This document shows, one piece after another, positions 1 through 8,117 of a stretch of 64,000 nt of DNA. The position numbers and the translations under genes are program-made. Below the pieces are notes generated by a model. It did not search any database and was not told where the DNA came from. It worked only from the letters and a program-made list of their open reading frames with translations. The stretch's first letter is position 1; every line of letters begins with the position of its first letter. Origin of the DNA: a virus (taxonomy: Duplodnaviria > Caudoviricetes); IMG/VR virus record IMGVR_UViG_3300048995_000010, positions 35,351-99,350 of that record; one strand, written 5' to 3'.

Positions 1-77
1 GGTACCGTACTCTCAGGTTGTTCATGAGGTCGGGTATTAGATGAGAGTCCTTTGTTGAATTTCTTCATGGGTATAAA

Positions 78-842
78 TTAAATTCTACCGGTGAACATGG
101 AATAGTAGTAGTTGTCATTTGGGAGAAGCTGTATGAGTTGTTGTGTAGTGGCTTCTATCTTCTCTACAGATGGCATGGTGATACTCTCTGCAGCTCTTCC
201 GGCAAACCTTTCGAACATCTGATCCATCTGGGCTCCAGTATATCCATGGGTGGGATATCCTCTTCCATCCAGACGAGCTAGCAAGAACCAGGTGATAGCT
301 TCCTTATAGGGGCCATTATTGGGGATCATCAAAAATCCATCCCTGTCTACTGGTACTTTTCCAAAGAACACAGTTACTGAGCCCTCTGAAAAAGAAGTCA
401 AAATGTAAGGTCCTTCCTCTTTATACCATTCACCACAATGCCAATCCATCTGAGTTACCTTCTGAAACTCACTGGTATAAAGGAAATTCCCGGAAGGGGT
501 ATTCTCTTTGGTAGTAGAGGATACAAAAACAGCATCAAATACATCATGAGAAACAGAGGGGATCCAGGGTACTCTGGGATCTCTTACCGTATTGTTTTGT
601 CCCAACCGGTAACCACAGTACTCTATAGCGTAGACCTCTGCACATCCACAAGGTTTTTTGGCTTTATGGAATCGAGAGTCTATAGTTTCGAATGTATGTT
701 CCAGTGTAAGTGTCATCTGCATGAGCTCCATGGCTTCTGCAGTCCACTCATTGAGATCAGGGATTAAGCTGGTATCCTTTAATCCGTTACGACGTAATGC
801 ACGTCCTATAACCTGTCCCATACTAGTCCAAGAGGAGCTCAT
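78..842 (-). CDS. crAss-like tail ring/adaptor (tail tubular-like) protein
   Basis: ORF 78..965, likely start MSSSWTS at 842; lies after the IHF-like gene in the crAss structural block; DLNEWTAEAM and VDRDGFLMIP motifs resemble crAss ring proteins. Confidence 0.6.
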   Translation of the reverse strand: MSSSWTSMGQVIGRALRRNGLKDTSLIPDLNEWTAEAMELMQMTLTLEHTFETIDSRFHKAKKPCGCAEVYAIEYCGYRLGQNNTVRDPRVPWIPSVSHDVFDAVFVSSTTKENTPSGNFLYTSEFQKVTQMDWHCGEWYKEEGPYILTSFSEGSVTVFFGKVPVDRDGFLMIPNNGPYKEAITWFLLARLDGRGYPTHGYTGAQMDQMFERFAGRAAESITMPSVEKIEATTQQLIQLLPNDNYYYSMFTGRI

Positions 843-1410
843 GTGTGAATTGTTTATAACGTGTTTCCAATAGTGGATCTGCTCTAAGTGCAGCTTTGAA
901 TTCCTGTTTGAACCCCCCGCGACTATTAGTACCCTGAGAAGGAATGAACTTATATATCCTCTCATTGGGGAGTTGTCTGGCTTTCTCCCAGGCTATCCTG
1001 GAGTAGGTATCAGAGTTAAAGTATATGACCCTTTCTCTCTTCATCTTTCCGGTGACCGGGTCTTCTATAAGCGGTTGCTTCTTTGTCTCATGGAAGTTTA
1101 CCTGTTTGTTTTTGAAATTCCTGGCAACTGTTCTGGCTCTTAAGGATCCTAGTCTGTGTCCCAGCTTGAGTGTCTCCCCCTGTATCACATGTCTTCTGGC
1201 TAGTAGATAATACATCTTTACAATCTTTGCCCACCTGTCCAGACTGATCACCTCTATTACTGTTTTGTTTTTGCCTAACCTACAGATAGAACCCATCTTG
1301 TGCTTTTTCCTTCGATCATACTTTGCCCAGTAGCCTTCATACTGCAAGAGTTTTCTAGCATAACTTTCGTAGACATCTTTTGAATTGTGTGTAGCTGTTG
1401 ATTTATTCAT
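823..1410 (-). CDS. IHF/HU-like DNA-binding protein (crAss tail-module type)
   Basis: Basic 195-aa protein with GETLKLGHRLGSLRART, an HU/IHF arm-like motif; matches crAss gene order. Confidence 0.6.
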   Translation of the reverse strand: MNKSTATHNSKDVYESYARKLLQYEGYWAKYDRRKKHKMGSICRLGKNKTVIEVISLDRWAKIVKMYYLLARRHVIQGETLKLGHRLGSLRARTVARNFKNKQVNFHETKKQPLIEDPVTGKMKRERVIYFNSDTYSRIAWEKARQLPNERIYKFIPSQGTNSRGGFKQEFKAALRADPLLETRYKQFTHELLLD

Positions 1411-1418
1411 AGTAATTG

Positions 1419-2042
1419 TTATTCATCCTGATCCTGATGGGTTGGCAAAGTCTCTTTTGGTTGGCCAAGTTCTTGCCATAGAGATGTTTTTACCATCTGA
1501 GCAATATCTCCGGTGATTGGATATTCTGCATTCCACCAATCACATCCTGTCTGTGTGTTTTTGCACTGCCACTCCATTACCTTTTCAGGTTCATCAAAAA
1601 TTCCAGCACCAGTCACAGATCCTATCCTCTCACCAGGGATGATCAGTACGTTATTGTCCAGACGGTAGTTGATAAACAAGTGAGCTGTCATACCCTCCTT
1701 GATCCAAGGTTCAGTACCAATATCTGTATGACGATAAGGAGAGCTGGCATCGCCAGCCCCCAGGTATTCAAAAGGAGTATCTCCTATTCTGAGAAGTTTT
1801 GGGAGAGGTTGAGAGTAGGATCCTTGACACTGGAAACTCCCACAGGAGTAGTCACCGTAGCTTAGTGGGATATAGATCTTCTGCAGGAACTGACTCTTCT
1901 CGTTAGGATGCTTCTCCAGGGAGTTCCTGATGAGCCGGGAACGCCATTGATTGATCTGAGGTACCAAACCCTGTCGGTACTGCATGTCTAGTTCCTTACC
2001 GAATCGCTGGGCTATCTCTGTGGTGAATTCATTGAGTGTCAT
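1419..2042 (-). CDS. crAss-like virion ring protein
   Basis: MTLNEF start; GIFDEP and C-terminal EYPI..DI motifs typical of crAss ring proteins; synteny. Confidence 0.55.
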   Translation of the reverse strand: MTLNEFTTEIAQRFGKELDMQYRQGLVPQINQWRSRLIRNSLEKHPNEKSQFLQKIYIPLSYGDYSCGSFQCQGSYSQPLPKLLRIGDTPFEYLGAGDASSPYRHTDIGTEPWIKEGMTAHLFINYRLDNNVLIIPGERIGSVTGAGIFDEPEKVMEWQCKNTQTGCDWWNAEYPITGDIAQMVKTSLWQELGQPKETLPTHQDQDE

Positions 2043-2067
2043 AAGGTACAATTCTACTGTAAATTAA

Positions 2068-2097
2068 GAAAGGAGTAGGATTTCTCCCACTCCTTTC
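2068..2097 (-). terminator. Intrinsic terminator after the 414-aa structural gene
   Basis: GAAAGGAGTGGGA-GAAA-TCCTACTCCTTTC hairpin followed by TTAATTT on the minus strand. Confidence 0.7.
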
Positions 2098-2120
2098 GGT
2101 TGAATGACTGATATGATCTA

Positions 2121-3365
2121 TTAAAGCCCGAGAATAGTGTCAATTGATGAACTTGGGTTAGTACCATTTGAAGGTACTGCAACGCTGAAAAACGTTGTAC
2201 CTGGTGTCCAGGTATTATGTGGTGTACGAGAGGCTTCTACCGGTATTTTTGTCCATTGATACATGTTGTAGGTATTAGCTGCCAGTACAAGAGAAGCTGG
2301 TTTACCGAATTCCTCTGGAGTAGCATGATTCTCTGGATAGTTGGTAGTTACACCTGCAAATATATCGCCGGCCTGTTCCAGCATTTGAACTTGTTGATAG
2401 TAACCAGAACCAATCTTAGCCTTGATAGCATCTACTACTGTAGCAATCTCTCCTAATTTCTCACGAATTAGGACTTTGAAGAAAGTACCATAATTCTTTG
2501 CTTTGAGATTGAGTTTGTCATCACTGGTTGCTGTAGCATCTACAATCAGATCTCTATCCCGGTTAGCGAAGGAAGTAGTACTATTTACGAGTGCGGCCAG
2601 TGCTGCATTAACTGTAATGAGTGTATCACCCGCTTTTGCCACGTATTCATACATGCAAGTTGGAAAGGGTTGAGCTCCTGTAGTCAGGTCTATGATCTCC
2701 AGTTGATAAATATTACCAACTGCAGGAGCTGTACCTTCTGCACCACCTGCCAAGCTTGCTACTGAAGCAGCAGCCTGTACAGTTGACATGGTACCAGTAC
2801 CATCTACAGTTACCAGAGCCATGGCTGCAGCAGAAGCTCTGAGAGCAGCCAGTACCTGAGCACCGGTTGAGGTAGGAGCTGAAGCACCATCTGTAGCCAG
2901 GTTCACTGTGATTGCAAGACTTGATACACCAATCGACAGGGCTACGTTGTTACTGGCTGAGTCAACTACAGTTATAGTGATTGAGTTACCAGCTGTACCA
3001 CCTGTACGGGCAGTATATACGATGTTACCGACTGTCAGAGTAGCACGGGTACCATAGGCTATATCACTTTCAGCTTTCACAGGAGCTGAATAAGCTGTTT
3101 TTGTTTTAGTTACCTCACCCCCCAGAGAAGGAGTAGTCTTCATTATACGGCCATCGCGTTTAAGAGCCGCAAAAAATTTGGTAGTTGAGCCAATAGCTCC
3201 AGTGATAACAGCACCAGTAGCTGCATTGAAAAAACCAATCTCACCTTCAACTGCCTCTGTAAGGAAGCCTTCATAGGTGGTAGAGTCTGTGTAAGCTACT
3301 GCAGATCCTACCAGGACCTGTATTCTTTTTTGTCCAAGGGTTTTCCAGAAATCATTACCGAACAT
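2121..3365 (-). CDS. Major virion structural protein (auxiliary capsid-like) with Ala/Thr/Gly-rich beta insertion
   Basis: 414 aa, downstream of MCP, own terminator; TARTGGTAGNSITITVV...LAGG insertion. Confidence 0.55.
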   Translation of the reverse strand: MFGNDFWKTLGQKRIQVLVGSAVAYTDSTTYEGFLTEAVEGEIGFFNAATGAVITGAIGSTTKFFAALKRDGRIMKTTPSLGGEVTKTKTAYSAPVKAESDIAYGTRATLTVGNIVYTARTGGTAGNSITITVVDSASNNVALSIGVSSLAITVNLATDGASAPTSTGAQVLAALRASAAAMALVTVDGTGTMSTVQAAASVASLAGGAEGTAPAVGNIYQLEIIDLTTGAQPFPTCMYEYVAKAGDTLITVNAALAALVNSTTSFANRDRDLIVDATATSDDKLNLKAKNYGTFFKVLIREKLGEIATVVDAIKAKIGSGYYQQVQMLEQAGDIFAGVTTNYPENHATPEEFGKPASLVLAANTYNMYQWTKIPVEASRTPHNTWTPGTTFFSVAVPSNGTNPSSSIDTILGL

Positions 3366-3376
3366 AGAGTGTTAGA

Positions 3377-4426
3377 TTATTGTGAGTTGATCGTGTTTTG
3401 TTGAGTTACATCTTTCCAGCTCTCATCCTTAATCAGGTTCAGTATCATCTCTACAGTTTTATTACACAGCTGTTGATGAATACTGGAAGATAAAGAGCAG
3501 TTTGTCCCCAAACTTAATGAGATAGTTGGCGGTTTCCTAATGTAGTTTATGAGTGTCTCATATACTATGAAGCTATTATCCACAGTTGTATTGATAATTC
3601 CAGCCTTCTGAGAGGTGATGGGAGAGATATAGGAAGTCTTGGAATAGGGTGTAGTACCTGTACTAAACTCCTTATCATGGGTGATCATGGTGTTTGGAGA
3701 AAGTATTGTACTACGACTGCTACTATGAACCTCTTGCGTAAGATCCTCTACAATTCCCGGATAGGACTGTCCATCCAGGGTGAGTTCTATTGGGACTTCC
3801 TGACTGGCATTTACAAAAACAAAGTGATATGGATACTCCAGGTTGTTGAACTTCTCCCAGTATACCTGCAAACCCTTTTTGGAAAGCTCCTCTATAATAA
3901 GATCTTTTATGTAGAAGTGAGCATCGCTTGAGGGAAATCCATCCCAGGCTTTCTGCCGGTTTGTAAGCAGGGTGTTCAGATTGAAAATACTGGAATTATT
4001 GTAGGCTATATCTACATTCCCATAGCATTCGATGGATAATGGAGATAGTGGAAACGGTACTCGTGTTATCTTAAGGATAGTGTGATTCACTGTTTTTGTA
4101 TCTCCTGTGCATAGTTGAGCTACTCTTGAAGCATCATCGAGTAAATACCAAAAATCACAGGGAAGGAAAGATACATATTGATCCGTGATCCAGCCAGCTT
4201 TCAGAGATTTTCTATTGACGATAAGAGAGGATATCCAATCTTGCTTTTTCTCTTTGATCTGATATCTCCCTGATCCTTGTATAGGAGTAACTGCTGATTC
4301 TACCATCAGCTGCTGCCCCCTGGTCAAAGCCCAATCTAACTGGTTTGGCTGAAATTTCCTGGATCGGTTGGCAGAGAGTTGCTGTACCTGGTCAATAACA
4401 TCGAGGTGCATTTCCTTTACAGTCAT
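3377..4426 (-). CDS. crAss-like virion ring/neck protein
   Basis: MTVKEMH start; C-terminal YIRKP...CSL...HQQLCNKTV pattern characteristic of crAss ring proteins. Confidence 0.65.
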   Translation of the reverse strand: MTVKEMHLDVIDQVQQLSANRSRKFQPNQLDWALTRGQQLMVESAVTPIQGSGRYQIKEKKQDWISSLIVNRKSLKAGWITDQYVSFLPCDFWYLLDDASRVAQLCTGDTKTVNHTILKITRVPFPLSPLSIECYGNVDIAYNNSSIFNLNTLLTNRQKAWDGFPSSDAHFYIKDLIIEELSKKGLQVYWEKFNNLEYPYHFVFVNASQEVPIELTLDGQSYPGIVEDLTQEVHSSSRSTILSPNTMITHDKEFSTGTTPYSKTSYISPITSQKAGIINTTVDNSFIVYETLINYIRKPPTISLSLGTNCSLSSSIHQQLCNKTVEMILNLIKDESWKDVTQQNTINSQ

Positions 4427-4430
4427 AGCG

Positions 4431-5369
4431 TTAAACTTTTGGTTTATCTCTAGTCGCTCTTGCTTTTTTCATAATATCCTGTGTTGTCCCTTTGAGGTAA
4501 TCCACAGTATCTGAATTCTCCTTGTTCTCCAGGTAGAGTAATGCCTCTAATTCAGAGGATCCCATTTTTGTTTTTGTCTCTCTCACGACAAAACTGGTAC
4601 CAACAGGTTCTACTACTCTGGCTTGGATCATAGCCTTTAACCAGTAACGAAGTTCAAATCTATCTTCCTGATATACTTTCAGGAAATCAGTAGCATTCTT
4701 TCTCACTATATCTCCCAGAGCAGTTTGCTTACGTTGTTCTTCGTTACGTCCCAGGAAGTCACGGGAATCTTTACCCAGCATAGTAAGGAGCATATTGACC
4801 TTACTTGGTTGTCCTTTGATTTTTAACCAGATTGCTTCAGCTTTATCCTGTACAACTATCCGATCATTATTGAGTTTATCTGCTTGTTCTGAATCGTAAA
4901 TGTAGAAGTACTTTAGTTGATTTCCATCGGCACCAATCTTATCAGAAGCTACCCATGGATGGCTTTTGGCATGTCTGTAGCGAATGAAGTCTTCTATCTT
5001 GATAGGGAGATTCTCAGTACTGAGTGGTTCTTCATTACTTTTCTCAAGTCCAATCTCCAGGTCTTTACCGGTACCATATGGGACTTTTGTCTTCAGGTTA
5101 TTGAAGAAGTCATAGACTTTTGAGCGGAACTCCTTTTCATCAGATTCTACATTAATGATATAAGGCATCAACAGCTTCTCTTCTGCTCTACTTAAACCAC
5201 TCCCTATCAGGCGGTTCGAAAAAGACTCAAAATAGGGACCTATCCCTATCTCTGTCATAGACATATAGCTACTGATCTGTTCATTTTCTGTGGGATTCTG
5301 TGCTCGTTGTATGAAGTTATCAGCACGAAATAATGTGATCTTACGACTGTTTGCATGAGTACTGGACAT
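4431..5369 (-). CDS. Conserved crAss protein directly downstream of MCP (gene-75-like)
   Basis: 312 aa; PIKIEDFIRYRHAKSHPWVA motif; synteny with MCP. Confidence 0.6.
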   Translation of the reverse strand: MSSTHANSRKITLFRADNFIQRAQNPTENEQISSYMSMTEIGIGPYFESFSNRLIGSGLSRAEEKLLMPYIINVESDEKEFRSKVYDFFNNLKTKVPYGTGKDLEIGLEKSNEEPLSTENLPIKIEDFIRYRHAKSHPWVASDKIGADGNQLKYFYIYDSEQADKLNNDRIVVQDKAEAIWLKIKGQPSKVNMLLTMLGKDSRDFLGRNEEQRKQTALGDIVRKNATDFLKVYQEDRFELRYWLKAMIQARVVEPVGTSFVVRETKTKMGSSELEALLYLENKENSDTVDYLKGTTQDIMKKARATRDKPKV

Positions 5370-5391
5370 GTGGTATAGTGTTGTTTTGTAA

Positions 5392-5399
5392 CAAATATA
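5392..5399 (-). promoter_or_regulatory. Bacteroidota sigma -7 promoter element TATATTTG
   Basis: Matches TAnnTTTG, directly after the MCP terminator and about 22 nt upstream of the ATG at 5369. Confidence 0.6.
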
Positions 5400-5420
5400 A
5401 GCATCTGTGTCTAAATGAAG

Positions 5421-5445
5421 AAAGTCTCCCTGGTGAGGGAGACTC
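5421..5445 (-). terminator. Terminator after MCP
   Basis: AGTCTCCCT-CACC-AGGGAGACT followed by TTCTT. Confidence 0.7.
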
Positions 5446-5469
5446 TACGAACAAATAACAACAGCTATA

Positions 5470-7005
5470 CTATCCAGCCGTACAGATCAGGTCAAAGCAC
5501 CTGTTTGCACGAAGAATTTGAATACCCTGTGAACGGAAGCGGGTGTACGAAGCCTGGTCAACATCTGTTGCAAGCATGTTCGATACGTTTGTACCATTGC
5601 CCAGTAACAGTTCCAGTGATCTCGGCATGTCTGTCAGACCTTTCACTACACCATGTAGATAAGCACGTTTCTTCTGACATACGTGTTGGATATTTGGCTG
5701 ACCGTCGTAATCACTTGAGTCAATGAAGCTCATCCGGTAAGATTCCAGGGGGAAGCCAGTTTCTGGATGAACTACACCACCGGCCTGCTGGTTTACAGCT
5801 ACACGGCCGTGATCATAAACAGGGTTGTATTTTACACGGATGGTATATCCGTCAATGTGATAGAAACCAGAGAAGAAACCACCCAGCATCAGGTCATGCT
5901 GACGGCCACCAGTACCAGATACGAATTTATCTGATACCATACCCCAATCGCTGAGGAAACCTTTTCCTTCTGTTTTCATAGCACGATCCATTTCTCTGAG
6001 ACCACCTTTACCGGTCCACAGGTCAATGACCATGTTATCAGTATCTGACTGACCATACAGGGAATCTCCTACGAAATTCATCAGGTTGTTGTAGGTCAGG
6101 GAAGCGTAAGAAGATTTGTTCTGGATCTGTTCTAGTACACCAGAAGCAGTAGGAATCACTTTACCAGTGATCAGATCTTTCAAAGGAATAGTACCATCAG
6201 CACGACGGTTGTAGCGGCTATACCAGTAGGCATTTTCACAGATATCCAACCACTCCTGTTCGAACTGGTACATGAACCAGTCCATCCACATTTCAGTCTC
6301 TACACCATTATTGGACTTCAGCTTAAACTTCATCACCTTGTTGGCAGAGTTACCAGCCCATGACATACCATGACGATGGAAACCCATTTGGTTTTTCCAC
6401 AGACCTGGCATCACCATGTTTGAGTCAGTAGAACGAGACTGACTTTCAGGTACGTTGGTGGTCATACCGATCCAGGTAGCCCCATAATCCAACTCTGTGA
6501 AAGGACAGTAGTCAGTATCTGCAGCAGGGTTTAATTGACACTTGTACTTAAAGGTACCATCGGGCTGACGCTCGGGATCTTCCAGTACGTAGGCAGTGAT
6601 GCCACGGGCAGACTGAATTGTCCAGTACCTTTTAATCCAGTTGTCAAAGAAGTAGAGGAAAAACTCAGTGTGACCTATACCGGCTTTATCAATAGAAGTA
6701 TAGTCAGTTTTTGCAACCTGTGAAGGCTTGAACCGGCGACCCATTACCGGGTAGGTAAACTGAACATCATCCAACTCTTTAGCAGAGGATTCGAAGTTGT
6801 CCTTATTATAACCAATACCACCCAGTGTCATGGTAGACAAGGGATATTGTTTATTCATGTCACCCAACATATAGGTGAGCTTACGAGTGAGTTCAGAAGG
6901 TGCGCCTTGACGCTGATGGTAGAAGTTGTTTTCATCCAGGAGACTCACAGCATCATAGATCATCTCTTGGACCTGATATTTTAATGCGGGTTGAAATTGG
7001 CTCAT
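5470..7005 (-). CDS. Major capsid protein (crAss-like)
   Basis: 511 aa; order TerL-portal-scaffold-MCP; SGVLEQI, TGKGG and HPETGFPLESYRM motifs typical of crAss MCP. Confidence 0.9.
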   Translation of the reverse strand: MSQFQPALKYQVQEMIYDAVSLLDENNFYHQRQGAPSELTRKLTYMLGDMNKQYPLSTMTLGGIGYNKDNFESSAKELDDVQFTYPVMGRRFKPSQVAKTDYTSIDKAGIGHTEFFLYFFDNWIKRYWTIQSARGITAYVLEDPERQPDGTFKYKCQLNPAADTDYCPFTELDYGATWIGMTTNVPESQSRSTDSNMVMPGLWKNQMGFHRHGMSWAGNSANKVMKFKLKSNNGVETEMWMDWFMYQFEQEWLDICENAYWYSRYNRRADGTIPLKDLITGKVIPTASGVLEQIQNKSSYASLTYNNLMNFVGDSLYGQSDTDNMVIDLWTGKGGLREMDRAMKTEGKGFLSDWGMVSDKFVSGTGGRQHDLMLGGFFSGFYHIDGYTIRVKYNPVYDHGRVAVNQQAGGVVHPETGFPLESYRMSFIDSSDYDGQPNIQHVCQKKRAYLHGVVKGLTDMPRSLELLLGNGTNVSNMLATDVDQASYTRFRSQGIQILRANRCFDLICTAG

Positions 7006-7022
7006 ACAGGTACGTTTATAAG

Positions 7023-8096
7023 TTATAATTCAGATACAGCTGGGTGAATGCCAGTCTTGTTATTTCTTTGTTGATTAGGATCTTCTGATGTTTTTGGTTT
7101 CTTCTTCTCAGTACCCATTTGAAACTTCAACCGTTTCACCACACCTTCATTCACTTTGTTTTTAATGATGTCTGAGAGATTACCATTTACATTCAAATAG
7201 TATAATGACTCTATCAAGTTTCCCATATTGGTGTCATTGACTTCCTGATTGACATACCAGCGGCCGGTTTCCCGGTCCAGTACCATCATACTACTAACGA
7301 ACTGCAAAAATTCAGCACGACGAGCATCTGGAATGGTAATCCCAAGATTCTTATTCTCCAGGATTCTTTCCCTGAGCGTTACACTCATTTTGTTGATGGT
7401 CTGTTCTTCCCTTTTTTGACGCTGTGCATCAAGTTCCAGCAGATCTTCCATCTGCTTCTTCTCCTTGAACTGTCGATCCTTATATTCAGTTTCAACCAGC
7501 CCTGGAAGTTTGTTCTTTTCGATTGCGTCCTTTATAATAAGGTCAGCCTGATCGGGAAGTATACCTTTGCTTGTCAGAGATCTTTTATAAAATGCTTGTT
7601 GTAAATCTACAGACTCTTTAAGGACTTCCCACTCTGGAAGAACCTCACTTTTGTTCTTAAAAAAGTCTTCATCTGAGCCCCCGTTAGCCCTATGCAACAT
7701 GTACGAGTACGCTCGTGGGTCACCTTCCTGAATATCTTTCTCAAATTTGTCTATTGCATGATCCTCTATCTGTTGCATAGCTGAGTGCAAACCAGCAGGA
7801 GTAGTAGGATCAATGCCTTCACCAAACTTGAATTGGAAGTCATCCCCACGAAGTCTGGACACTTCCTTGTAGATTTCAATGGGATCTGCTTCTGTTTCTT
7901 CTACTGAAGTTTCGTTTGTCTGTTCTTCAGTTCCTTCTCCCTCTTGTTTCTGCTCTTCTCCTTCAGTCTCTTCAGTTTTCTCTTCTATAGTTTCCTCAGT
8001 AGGAGTGGCTTGTTGTTGTTGTTGAACAGGGGGTTTATCCAGATCAGCTAGTGATGGCAGGATTCCTGGTTTTTGCTGTTGTTGATTTGTGTCCAT
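7023..8096 (-). CDS. Putative capsid scaffolding/assembly protein
   Basis: Acidic Q/E-rich N-terminus and coiled coil; located between portal and MCP. Confidence 0.65.
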   Translation of the reverse strand: MDTNQQQQKPGILPSLADLDKPPVQQQQQATPTEETIEEKTEETEGEEQKQEGEGTEEQTNETSVEETEADPIEIYKEVSRLRGDDFQFKFGEGIDPTTPAGLHSAMQQIEDHAIDKFEKDIQEGDPRAYSYMLHRANGGSDEDFFKNKSEVLPEWEVLKESVDLQQAFYKRSLTSKGILPDQADLIIKDAIEKNKLPGLVETEYKDRQFKEKKQMEDLLELDAQRQKREEQTINKMSVTLRERILENKNLGITIPDARRAEFLQFVSSMMVLDRETGRWYVNQEVNDTNMGNLIESLYYLNVNGNLSDIIKNKVNEGVVKRLKFQMGTEKKKPKTSEDPNQQRNNKTGIHPAVSEL

Positions 8097-8117
8097 ATGT
8101 TTGATTTATGAATGTGA

